Source: Toensbergia leucococca
Lineage: Eukaryota
NCBI GenBank assembly: GCA_022813965.1
Contig: JALDZS010000165.1
Location: 1-52,323 of the forward strand
Direction of reading: 5' to 3'
Length of the DNA stretch: 52,323 nt
Shown here: in pieces, positions 12,101 through 23,689 of the stretch
Layout of the letters: each line of letters begins with the position of its first letter
Position numbering within the stretch: the stretch's first letter is position 1
Notes under the pieces: generated by a model
The model's database searches: none
Told to the model about the DNA's origin: nothing
What the model saw: only the letters and a program-made list of their open reading frames with translations
Translations under genes and position numbers: made by a program

Positions 12101-13761
12101 GATCCTGTATGCTGATGCACAGTTTTGGACGAAAAATAACGAATAAGTTCTCGTATGAATTGCTCCCGAGACTCTTTCTCACATTCGTCCAACGCGTCGA
12201 CGACGCACACTATCTCACCAGCCTCTGAATCTTTGGTACACTTTACGAGTATCTCCCATAGATCACTAAATATCCCAGAGAGCTCCTTACCGTGGTTCTT
12301 GTGGCTTGCAACCGCATATGAAATCAACTTCGTGGACTGAAATAACTGATGTAATATAGCGCTGAGTGCCTTGGCAGCATACATTCTCTGCTCCTGGCCA
12401 TTTTTGAAAAAGAAATAGCATATGGTCGAAGACATGATATTGTTCGTAACTCGCCTCTCATCAATCAACGCCCTTGACAAGACGCTTTTACCACAGCCTG
12501 GACTGGCAGAGACCCAGAGAAGGCTTGATATTTTGCTATCGCGCCAATTAATAAACCTCCGGTTGTTAAAGAACCACTCGCAAGTGCCGTCGTGTCTTCT
12601 CGAAACAAATTCTTTGTCGGTCTTGTAGTCTGAGGTCAGGGTCCGAAGTACTTTCGTTTCTTCGTCATCTTGGCGGTACCGCTGTTGCTCTTCCTGGAAG
12701 GACTGGAAGGAGATAAGTATTTGTTTCTGGATTTCCTCTGAGGCCTCGATCAATGCCAATTGTTCTCTCTCCCTCGATCTGTCAAACATTGTTGCAAAGG
12801 CTTCACAGCGTTGATCAGCGGCATATACTTTCGCAATCATTGTATTCCAGTCGTTTCGCTCGAATGTACCTGAAATACCACGCTTGACGGTGCCTTGAGA
12901 TACTTGAGTTACAATCCGAGCTTCATATTCGAACACGGCGCTGTAAAGCTCTACCAGAGCGGTTACGAAGTTAAGCGGAGGAGGTTTTTCTGCATCTTGG
13001 AGGTAGATTTCCTCCCGGATTTGAGACAATTGCATCAGCTTGGTGATGGTTTCCAGGCCATCAACCATAGCCTCATCTTGCCTAGAATAGCTCAACAACA
13101 ATGGTAGAACGATAGATACTCAGGACCACGCTAATGCTGCGTAAGGTTGAGTACTCACAGCTGCACCAATGAATGTATTTGACCACAGGATTGCCCTGAT
13201 TATATTTTCACACACAGGACGAATCTTTACTGGCTGCTTCAGCACATGAATGACTAAACGCTTCGCTTCGCGGTCATCTAGAGTTTTCCTGACAACGGTT
13301 TGGATAGTTGCATAGTCGAGACAAGATTGCTTGGTATCAGCCTTTTGCTCGGCGATATGAGCAATGCGTCTTTTAAAAGCCTCAATTAAAGAGGGCTCCC
13401 GAGTTTTGAGATCTTGATAAGCGCGTTCCCAAACATCGGTCGATGTGTCTGCACTCCCAAATGCTTTCGTGGCAGTTGTATTTGATGTATCTGGTGTAGC
13501 GAATATTCTTTAGCCACCGCTTTCTGGTTGGTCTTGTATTGCAATGGTGCTAAACCCTGCGTGCTGGTCATCCTCACCATACCCCGCAGGCTCTGTTTGA
13601 GGAGAAGGCCTCAAACCTCCCTCCGTAGGACGATCAGGAATTGACAACACAGAACCTCTAGCGGCAGCGTAGGAAGCCGTATCATTGTACAAGCTGGCAG
13701 CAGCCGACTTTGGTCGGAAGACTCTAGCCAACTTATCACGTGTTCGCTTCCTTATCTGCAT
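9132..13761 (-). pseudogene. Fungal NLR-like gene: NWD-N-like N-terminus + NACHT + winged helix + ankyrin repeats; disrupted
   Basis: Walker A LLWVSASPGCGKS, Walker B IVCVVDALDEC, KFL-VTSRPY, TYLWLFL, HQTVREFL and many GADVNA ankyrin repeats. Lesions: TAA 13510-13512, TGA 13120-13122, frameshift at ~12085, TGA 10643-10645, TAG 9438-9440. One intron at ~10332-10404. Confidence 0.9.
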
Positions 13762-14517
13762 GATATTCAGAAATCACCTACCTCGAGCCTACCTAGTCGA
13801 AGGTCAATTTCAACAAAGCTGTTAAGGTAGGGCCGACAAGCTGATGAGGAATGGATTTATAGATGACAATTCCGTATTGGCAGACAAAGCCAGCAGGGAT
13901 GCATGTATCATTGTAAGAATGCTGTAGCAATTATACCTCCAGTCATTGTATTGGGCGATACGAGGAGGGGTCGAGACGGACTGGCTTCCTCGTGCGGCGT
14001 GTACCAATTCCAAGAAAACAGGAGATCAAAGAATTGAAGCGCACGAACATTGGTGCTGGAGATCTCAGCTTTTCCGGCAAAGAGAGAAAATTCAAGTAAA
14101 GGATTAGGTATGCCAATGAGATGAGGACCTGACGCTTGAATCCAAGGCTGAGTACCCTTTAGGGAGGGGGGGCGGAAATGTTGTCGCTGTAGCCTTGTAA
14201 GGGGGGCGGTGTCGAAATGATCGCTAGCCATTGGAAAGATTAACGTACTGGAAAAGTTTTCATAAGATCCACGTATATCAAAAACGAATTACGCGATTCT
14301 TGTTTCTTTCGTAGGTAAGTAACTATATTCTATCTAGTCTAGTGCAAGCACATTCTAGCATGAGGGGGCGATCAAGTCTAGGAAACTGGTCGAGAAACAA
14401 GGAGCCGAAGCCAAATGAAGACATGTAATCCCTAATCCCTTTGAACGTCAGAGGTCTTGGTCGAATAAGTTTCATGGCGTGCTCGGATCTAAAACATATC
14501 ATTACTCATAAGTAATC

Positions 14518-16039
14518 TCAAGACGATGCAACCTTCGACGACGACTCGGTTGGAGCAGCAAGCTTCTGAGGCGGAACACCAAAGCCATTCCTATTGCGGA
14601 AAAATAAAACTCCCTTTCCCTCGCCCTCGGCACCCTCTGATGGCTCAACCCATTGACACCATCGAGAGCTCTTCCACAAGCTATTCAAAAAACCGAGGGA
14701 GCCACCTTCGACGTCGGATCGGTAATGTGTGCCCATGATAGGCTTGATAGCTTCTGTAGCTTCATCTGCGTTGTAAAAGGGAATGGTGGACACATAGTGA
14801 TGAAGAACGTGTGTTTCGATAATTCCATGAAGAAGATTTCGGCCGATGAATCCGAATTCACGATCGATTGTTGCTGCGGCACCACGGGTGTAGGTCCAGG
14901 CGGTTGCATCATAGTGAGGAAGCGATGGGTCTGTATGCTGAAGGTATGTGATTGCCACTATTCTTTTGTTAGTAACATGGGAAACGTTGGAATTGAAAGA
15001 GCTTACCAAGCCAGTGATTAACCCATAGATATGGGATGAAGTACCACACAGCCAAATTTGCCCATCCAAAGTTCTTTCCGACCAGGAACAAAACACTGGC
15101 AGTGATAGCTAAGCCCAAATCGCTTAGAAGAACCAACTTCCCATCCTTGGCTTCATACAAAGGACTCGAAGGATTAAAATGATTGACACCACTGAATAAG
15201 CCATTCTTCTTTCCCTTGCCACGGCCCTCCATTTGACGCTCATGGTAATTATGACCAGTGATGTTCGTGGTCAAGTATGCCAACCAACCGGCGAGCTGCT
15301 GCACAATCAATTCGCCTGCAGTCTTTATAGGAGTTTCTTCATAGAGCTCAGACAGCTCATGTGCGTAGTATCCTGTCACCGAGGCGTATTCCTCGCGTTT
15401 CTTTGGTACAAATACCATGTCACGCTCGAGATGGCCAGTAGCCTTGTGATGCTTGCCATGAGAAATCTTCCATGAGAAATATGGTACGAGCACAGCGGAA
15501 TGACAGAACCACCCAACAGTGTCATTCAGTGTTTTGGACGGCGAAAAAGACTGGTGACCGCACTCGTGGGCCAATATCCATAAGCCAGTGCCAAATAATC
15601 CTTGCACGAAAGTGTATAGACCCCACAAAGCAGCACGAACTGGAGTCGAGGGCACATTTTGTGGAGTCAGGTAGGTGTTGAAGAGATAGAACGTTACGGC
15701 AAGCGAAGTGATATCTCGAGCAACATAGTATAGACCACGAGCTGCAGAACGTTCGAAGCAATGTGCCGGGATTGCATCTCGGATTTGTTTGATGGTGAAA
15801 CCTGGGATCTGAAATTCGTTGCCGTAGGTATCCAACAGTTTTCCGTTTACGCTTTTGACATCGAGAGGAGGCTCTGAGTCAAGGGAGGACAAGGAACTTG
15901 ACGAGGGTGATTGCCTTGGAGTATCATCGGGCGAGGCAGAAACTGAGTTGGAGGTCGATGTGGAGGTCGAAGCAGTAAGATAATCGGAAGCCATGGTTTT
16001 TTCTAGGATATTTCTTCGGGATGCTGAAGTTGTCGACAT
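14518..16039 (-). CDS. odeA: Delta-12 (oleate) fatty acid desaturase, FAD2/OdeA type; intron 14958-15006
   Basis: Three His boxes HECGH, HGKHH and HVLHH; FTIKQIRDAIPAHCFERS. A GTAAGC...CTAAC...TAG intron joins WVNHWL|VAITYLQHTDP. Confidence 0.95.
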
Positions 16040-17295
16040 GATGTAGGACAGAGGTAGGTGTAGAGCAGTAAAAAAGAAGTTCTGGATTATACCCCAGTTT
16101 CTCTTCCCAGCGAGCTGAGAAGGCTGGAGGTGAGGGTAAGGTTTCAGCTTCTAACACTCTTGAAAAGAGTGTTTTATTGAGCAATGAAGGGAAGGCTTGG
16201 GGGCAAAATTACTCCACTCTTAAATGTATGATATATTGTGAAGTAGAGACACAGTGAGTGGAAGGTGCAAGAAGTGTCGAGGAGTGGCGGTCAAGGTAGG
16301 AAATATACGAAGTTTTGTTGTGGATGTAACTGGATTTAGGCGGCTTTCGAACTACGGTTTTGGCGAATAGGCTGTTCCCGCCAGATTCCAGTTCAGGGTG
16401 GGTTTAGACCGATGACGGGGGTGACGGTCTACACAAGGCGAAAGTGAAGAAACAATCACACAATCCTAGCACGATCGATTTCGCATGAATTTCCCACAGA
16501 GGAACCTCAGCTTTATCCAATTTCTCAGGCAGCTGAGCATTATTCTATGACTGCCATGAATTCATTTTCTATTCTATCGAGCAGGAAAAGTGGCTGGCTG
16601 AGAATTGATGAGTTGGCCTTCTCCCACCAGTCCACCAGTCCCGCAAACATGCAATTGAATGAATGCGGCTTATTTGCTTCGGCATGTGCCTCACATGCTT
16701 TTGTTGAGGCCCTAGCTGCAAGGGCCGAGGTTTGATAGGGAGAAGATTGCTTGTCGCTTCATCGTACTCCACCAACTCCGTTCTTCGGGAACATTTTGTT
16801 CCCACACCACATTGACATTTGACAGTGACATGATCCTGGGTACGCTTAATTTGCACGTTGGTTCCAGATCAACACTAGGTAAATCACACATTGAACTTGG
16901 AATATTCTACCTCTCAATAAGTGGTGACTTTCTTGCATTGACCATCGGATCGTCAATATGAGATTATCCAAATCATGCTGAGTAAGACCGTCTCTTGAAG
17001 ATATCAACGGACTGGGGAAGTAACGCGACGACTGCCACATGCGTCTGTCTTCCCGTTCCTACCCTACCGCGGAGATGTAACACCCTTCGACAGATGAAGG
17101 AATCCGCCGTGAGGAAAAGAAGCAACATGCTTTAGTCCTGTTAACACCTGACAACGTTCCTGATATACATCTGGACCGAAGATCAAAGCTACCTACCCTA
17201 AGTAGTAGTGCACAGAATCCTCAGCTTCTTTTCAATTTTCATAGTTTCATCGAGCCCACGCCGCTAACGCCTCCAATCTTCACCCAATGCCAATC

Positions 17296-18647
17296 TCAAA
17301 AAATGGCCATGGCGTTGGCGTGCGAGGAAACTCCACCTGTCATATTAAATTAATATACATGCCAGCAAGAATTCTGGCGGATTTATCATACCTGGTACAT
17401 TGGCCGGAACACTCGAAACGAAGAACGTCCATCTATTCTTCTCTCGACAAGTTCGAGCCAATTTCTCCAGATCGAGCATCTCTCCTATGGGAATTCCGAA
17501 AAGGGCGAGCAGATACTCGTGGAGACACATCGCTTATGCAAATTTAGCAAGCATCAAGTCACTCTGGGATAATTCGTACCCTCATGAGAAGGCCAAGCTT
17601 CGAACGAGGGGGCGTCCCCAGCTACAGTAGCAAAGTAACTATCATGTATCCAATCTATAACTTTTTCCTCCTGGGAAACACCAGCCCACCTCTGCCCATC
17701 GTCAAGACCAAAGACATGTGGCCGTGTGGCCAGTTTCGCTCGTTCACTAGGCGATTTAGAATTGTGTGCCTCCACAAAGCCACTCCGAATGAACAAAAGA
17801 TCACCGATCTTAATATCACCGCCTTGGGCTTGAGGCCGAATGTCAATACCCTGATCTTTGCCGCACTGGTAAAGCTCTTCGTATGAAATGGGATAGTAAT
17901 CATAAGGATCGTACTGAATTCCCTTTTTGTAGGTATAGCCTCGATAATCTAGGAGCACACCTCGACCTGCGATGCCATGTTCTGACCAATGGTGAATAGA
18001 GCACTTGTGGTTAGCGTTTGGTCCTTTAATGTCCTCGCCATGGGTGTTGTTATAAAAGGCACCGCTGGCAATGTGGGCAAACTAGAAGCTATCAACACGA
18101 CTTCAGGTAGATCAGGGTACAGACTAACGTGTCGAAAGCCGTCCCATTGAGTGCCACTCTGAGTATTCAATCGATAAAGATCGTCATAAGCAATGTTTTC
18201 TGCTAAGGTTTTGATTTCATGTTGGAATCCTTCTCGGTGAAAAGCTGGTACTTCTGGAACACTGAGTGGTAGACTAATGACAGGATTTCAGCATCGGATG
18301 AACTATGCCTTATAGGGCCTTCTTACTTCAACGACACCATCTCTCCAGTCTTCACCTCTGCAGCGGCGGCCTTGACTCGGGTCGGAGTAAGGAGATTCAA
18401 ACGACCCAACTAGCGTTGACATTAGCGGACAGTCGTTCAATACGCTGGTCATCATACTAACATAGTCGTCCTCACCCCATACCCAAGCGGCACCAGGCGG
18501 AGCTCCTGCAATTTGAGGAAGCTCATGGCGGGTAGGAAACTTGGTAGAATCTGGATCAAAGGGGATGGTCGTTGCTGTTTTGGAGAAAGTGAGAATATCT
18601 TTGATTTGCGTCAAGCGCAGCTGAGCGGGAGATTTCCCAGCAGACAT
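17296..18647 (-). CDS. Cyclase-family (kynurenine formamidase-like) metal-dependent hydrolase, multi-exon
   Basis: GAAWVWGEDD, NTQSGTQWDGFRH, GIAGRGVLLDY, GDLLFIRSGF, VAGDAPSFEAWP, LHEYLLALFGIPIGEMLDLEKLA; C-terminus GGVSSHANAMAIF* ending at 17296. Confidence 0.88.
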
Positions 18648-20366
18648 GATGATTGATGTTGACTTCGATGACAAGAAGAAGCTTCGAGGTTCTTGCCAGG
18701 AATTGAGACCATCATGACTGCTAGATCACCCCTCCTTGTTGACCTCAAGAGGGGGTTACTTCTCCGCATCTTGGATGCCCGACGTCATGGATTAGAGTGC
18801 TGGGATCCGTACGGAGTATGAAATTTGCAGGTCACCGTACCGAGCGTACGTAGATCCAGCATGATCAAGTGACGTTTCGGTCAACGTACGGATACATATT
18901 ACGCCTTGGGGAATAATTCGACCTGTTCGACCATGGCTAGCGTTGTGCCCTTTGACTAATTGACTTCTGATTCCTGACCTTGTCAAAGCACTGTGAGACA
19001 CTCTGAATAAATGGCATGAGCTTCTCTATTTCTTTAGGTATTGCGTTCATTTTCATAAGAGCTTTTGATTCTGATGCTAAGTGGAGCGCGTGTTCATGAA
19101 AATCAGGTGACACATGATCTATCAGTGATCTTGATGTCTTACCTATCATTGCTGAGTACGGAGCGATACTCAGTGACGGGACGAGTAAGATGGCTGAATC
19201 AGCTAGTCAATTGAGGTTGTAGATGATGTGTAATGTCAAAAAGTAGGTTCAAAATCGGGGTGGTTGTTTTTTCGATGTGGATCGCATGGCGATGTCGTTA
19301 GTCTAGGTAGTCTAACCATCTAGGGCTAGACTAGGAAACCCGGTGCGCAGGCCACTCGTCCGGTACTCATCCGGTATTCGTACCCCCTCGACCCGTACTC
19401 TCCGTTGTCATTTATTCCCATCCCAAGTTGTGAAGCTCGCTCCATAGCTCCATCCCTCCATAGTCTACCCCAATGTGTCAGGCAAACTGCATGATCGATC
19501 AACTAGCTTTTTCATTGATTCCGTGAGAGCTTCTGCCAGATTGACATAGGATTGCCAGAGTGAATTACCCGGTCATTGCAATGATGGCAGTCTCATCATT
19601 TACATTTACGACTCCAACAGCCCCTCAAATCTGCCTTGTCACAGGAAATGGCACCATAGCTAAGCGATCCTGGCCAATTTCGGATTTGGGGGAAATATCT
19701 CGCTGCAGGCTCTTTTGATATTAACTCCCTCGATGCATCTCTTTCGTCGAGCTTGAATTTTACTAATACTGGTAATGTTGGTGCCGGTATCAGTACATTC
19801 CTGACTGCTCATGCAGACTCGGACCTGGGCCTCAGATCATGGTGAACATGTCTCATAGAAGCATGTTCTCTTCCACATGTTCTGTTGTAAAGAGATATGC
19901 CATTTTTCGGGAAAAATAAGTATTGTTCTAGAGAAACGCATATTGTTTTTAGAAAACTTGTTTGGTTTTAAGAACCACGCTTTGTTCTAAATTTTACTTC
20001 AAAAAAGCATGTTCCATAGTCTCTTTTCTGTTATAGGAGTTGGGCTGAATTCTGAAATAGTCTGATTAGAACGTGGAGAGGGGTTTGACAATAGACACCG
20101 ATTATCCCTAAGGAGTATGCTTGATCTGGATCGAGCACTTCCTCCTCTAATCGTTGAGCCAGCCTTCTCTTCCTTTGGAAATTCCCTCTAAATGATGTGA
20201 GAGCGGTTTGTAGAAGTGCTTTGTGTCAATCTTGCGTGAATCATAGAGTGTTAATGGACTGATAGAAGGCTGTTTTGCTTAATACTCTTGTACTTCATTG
20301 ATTTGTCTCTTACTCACTCCATTCACCTGATTCGTGTTGACCAAATTGAATACAAGGTTGCGCGTC

Positions 20367-20417
20367 CTTCTTCTTTTCTTTTTCTTCTTCTTCTTCTTCT
20401 TCTTCTTCTTCTTCTTC
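20367..20417 (+). repeat. (TTC)n microsatellite / pyrimidine tract
   Basis: Visible TTC run just upstream of ATG 20474. Confidence 0.9.
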
Positions 20418-20473
20418 ATCCTTAGATCTCATGCTTTTTTCATAGACGCCGAAAGTAGGCGAAAAGATACATC

Positions 20474-21748
20474 ATGGCCTCTTCTTCAGTCGTTCGATCT
20501 CGCGATGATCCTGTCAGCTTCATGAAACTACCACAAGAGCTGCGAGATCGAGTGTATCGTGACCTTCTGCTTACCGACACAGTTTGTAACTCTCCTGGTG
20601 GCAGGGTTCGGTATGCAGTCGATCTCGCTATCATGCGTGCCAACAAGCAAATCTACTGAGAAACCTGCAAGATTCTCTACGATGAAAACGTCTTCATTCT
20701 CTTCACCTTCGATGCCGCCCATTACACCAAGAAGTTTAGAGCGCTACCCAACTGTTCCCCGATATCGTCCAAACATCTAGATCGCTTCAAAGAAAATCCG
20801 ACACTTGAGGTCCACATAAGGAAGCGCCAGTCTCAGACTCACGATATTCAGGCCTCATTGCTTATTACTGAGGAGGACCTACATCAATACTGTCTAACTA
20901 TATCGACGGATAGGGGTCTAGCTGAAATGGACATCATCTTGCACTTCAATGTACCTTTCGAGAAACGCCACAAGGAGCTTCAGGAAGCCCTCATCCATCC
21001 ATTTCACATTATCCGAGATGCTCAAACAGTATTGGCCTTTGGACTTGAACCCCGTTCTCTCAATTTTGAGCTTGCGCAGCTAATGACGACTCCTATCAGT
21101 CAGGTCAACGATGCCTACGGCCTGATCTGCGCGTACCTATCCTCTGGCAACCTGCATACCGCGAAGGGCCGATTGGTACCAGCCTCAAGAGATTACAAAC
21201 AGGGGCTAGCTCATATGGCCTATTGCGCGGTCCGATTGAAAGATCTAGTGTTGGCAGATTATGCCATGGCGAGGAGGCTGATGAAGTGTCATTATGCACT
21301 TTTGTGCAACTATGCGTTGCTGAAGGTCAAGCAAGACAAGTTCACAGGCGCTCTCAAGTTGTTGCACGTAGCTTTCAATATACAAGGCACTTCGATAGAT
21401 GAAAAAGCGATAGGCTATTACTGCCGAGGGTTGGCTATGGCGACTGGTGGCTACGATCATGTGGCAATGTATGAGTTTTCGTTTGCTCTACTACTTTGCC
21501 CCGGACACGAAGCTGTAATTGGGGAGGTTGCGGCATTGGAGGCACGCCTGAAGAAGACAACGAATGGCAGTGCTACCCAGGCATTCGAACGTGTGTTCGA
21601 ACCGTGCGGGAAAGAGAGTTACCGATCACTACTATGGACCGATGAGCAAGACAACGATATGAAACTTACTTATGAAGATATGTTTAAGAGTATGGCTGAG
21701 TCTGGGCAATACATCAGGCCTATATTTCAATTCAATCACCTGACTTAG
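20474..21748 (+). pseudogene. F-box-like N-terminus + TPR-like C-terminus protein with one in-frame premature TGA
   Basis: SFMKLPQELRDRVYRDLL...IMRANKQIY*ETCKILYDENVF continues in frame into ORF 20858-21748, which has TPR-like KAIGYYCRGLA...EFSFALLLCPGHEAV. Stop at 20657-20659. Confidence 0.7.
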
Positions 21749-21890
21749 AATCCATGCGGTATGAGCACGAGTACCACAAAAGGTAGTGTTGAGACGTGGA
21801 CTAGAATGGCATTTACTCTATTCTAATTCTTATCAGGTTCAATTCCTAATGGCGCTGAGATAATGGTGTGCTCTGGTGGTTGGCGTTCTT

Positions 21891-21979
21891 TCTCAGAAAG
21901 TGATTCTCAGAAAGTGATTCTCAGAAAGTGATTCTCAGAAAGTGATTCTCAGAAAGTGATTCTCAGAAAGTGATTCTCA
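21891..21979. repeat. Perfect minisatellite, 14-bp unit TCTCAGAAAGTGAT x6 plus a partial copy
   Basis: Units start at 21891, 21905, 21919, 21933, 21947 and 21961; partial unit at 21975. Confidence 0.97.
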
Positions 21980-22037
21980 TTCAAGGGCGACAGCTTTGTC
22001 TGCATGCAATGTTGGTACAAGATCCTGAACACAAATA

Positions 22038-22193
22038 CTCGTGGTTACCTATAAATGCAGCAAACCTATCAATGTGGCACTAAACCCCTTTTAGCTAGCT
22101 TGTGATATTTTAGATCGTGAGCTAGAGGCTTGCTAGCTGAAAGGGGTTTAGTGCCGCATTGATAGGTTTGCCGCATTTATAGGTAACCACGAG
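22038..22193. mobile_element. 156-bp MITE, Tc1/mariner-like, with 62-bp TIRs and TA on both sides
   Basis: 22038-22099 is the reverse complement of 22132-22193 with 3 transition mismatches; 32-bp spacer; TA at 22036-22037 and 22194-22195. Confidence 0.85.
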
Positions 22194-22812
22194 TATCTCA
22201 CAACGACAGTCACCCTGTGGAAATGATGACTAGATGTCTTTCACTGATGGTTTGATAGCTGTATGAAGAAGCAACACGATGTGAAGTGCTGGTGAAATCA
22301 TCTTCACTCCTCAACCTCTTGAAGGATCGGAGCGGGAAGGTTAGTTTCCTGGGGCTGAGGATAAGGGAGGCTAGGGTTGAACAAGTGATATTCTATCTCA
22401 TCATTCTTATGTAGTGGTGTAGGGTTCTGCAACATTGATTCCTTGTGTACCTTGACGACCTACCTACTTGTAGACTGGCGGTCAAGTAGTTCAACGTCAT
22501 CAAGGGAGAAATCGAGCAGTTTCAGACTTTCCAATCACAAGCCGGCTACCCGATCTGCAGCGATCGACCTAGCCGTCCCTCCCCGAAACACCGGCCATTC
22601 CCAATCCGAACATGGACGACAACTCTGGTGACTCAACTTCCCCAAGCAGACTTGACGGACTGGACGGACTCGACCAGGTAAATTGCACTACTCCTTGGAC
22701 CCCATCTGCAGACCGCATCCCTACCCTACCACTCTACCAGTCTATCTAAGTACCATCATGTATCCTCCCCTTCCTCTCCGAATCTCTACTTCGACACATC
22801 CTCCCTCCACCA

Positions 22813-23637
22813 ATGGAGCCCTTCATCCACCGCCACATGCCCACCTCCTTCCTCCCTCAACTCCACCCGAACCCTCAAATCGCTCATCTGGCCCAGACCA
22901 CAACCCTAATACCAGACATCCTCTCCCTAAGCCCCGACCACACCCCTACCGGACCCCCTCTCTCCTCCGCCCCAGACGCAGCAATAACAACTTTGATTGA
23001 CGCAACCCACTCTTTTGTCAAAACTCACATGTCCACCCCGCAATTTGACGCCTCGCACGACTACGCCCACATCAAACGCGTCCTCTCCCTCTCCCACCAC
23101 ATCCTCAAAGCAGAACAAGCCACGCATCCCTCAATCCTCTACAACCCCACCATCATCACCCTAACCGCCCTCCTCCACGACATCGCAGACCACAAATACA
23201 TCACCACAGCCCCCACAACCGACCCCAACGCTCTTGCAAAACAGACCCTCCTCCTCCTAGGCGCCGACCCCGAAACCGCCCGCGCCGTCCAAGCAATCAT
23301 AAACTCCCTCCCTTACTCCCACGAAATTCTCAATCCGGCCCGAGTGCGAGGCGTGCTTCTCCACCACCCCGAATTAGGCATCGTGCAAGATGCAGACCGG
23401 CTCGATGCGTTGGGAGCAGTGGGGATAGGGCGAGCGTTCACGTTTGGGGCGGCAAAGGGAAAGGGAAGGGGGAGGGCGCTGGAGGGGACGCTGGAGCATT
23501 TTGAGGAGAAGTTGTTTCGGTTGGAGGGGATGATGAAGACGGGGGAAGGGAGAAGGTTGGCCAGGGAGCGGGTGGAGCGGTTGAGGATTTTTCGGAGCTG
23601 GTGGGAGGAGGAGTGGGAGATGGGTATGTGTGGTTGA
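22813..23637 (+). CDS. HD-domain metal-dependent phosphohydrolase (YedJ-like); the true start may be a downstream ATG
   Basis: DASHDYAHIKRV, ALLHDIADHKY, VQDADRLDALGAVGIGRAF, HFEEKLFRLEGMMKT. Confidence 0.9.
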   Translation: MEPFIHRHMPTSFLPQLHPNPQIAHLAQTTTLIPDILSLSPDHTPTGPPLSSAPDAAITTLIDATHSFVKTHMSTPQFDASHDYAHIKRVLSLSHHILKAEQATHPSILYNPTIITLTALLHDIADHKYITTAPTTDPNALAKQTLLLLGADPETARAVQAIINSLPYSHEILNPARVRGVLLHHPELGIVQDADRLDALGAVGIGRAFTFGAAKGKGRGRALEGTLEHFEEKLFRLEGMMKTGEGRRLARERVERLRIFRSWWEEEWEMGMCG

Positions 23638-23689
23638 GAGGGGTCAGTCAGTCGATACCCTTTTATGATCGAAGTCGTCCGTTGGATGG

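Noticed and set aside
13500..13761. Amyloid signalling motif at the NLR N-terminus
   Set aside because: No N/Q/G-rich HET-s, sigma or PP-type motif is visible, and there is no adjacent HeLo/HELL gene.
9438..20659. Premature stops rescued by Tad2-Tad3 A-to-I mRNA editing (TAD3 is in the window)
   Set aside because: The NLR also has a frameshift and stops at non-Trp positions, which editing cannot repair. TAD3 is a universal housekeeping gene, so proximity is uninformative.
21891..21979. CRISPR-like array
   Set aside because: The units are contiguous with no spacers, and the context is eukaryotic; this is a minisatellite.
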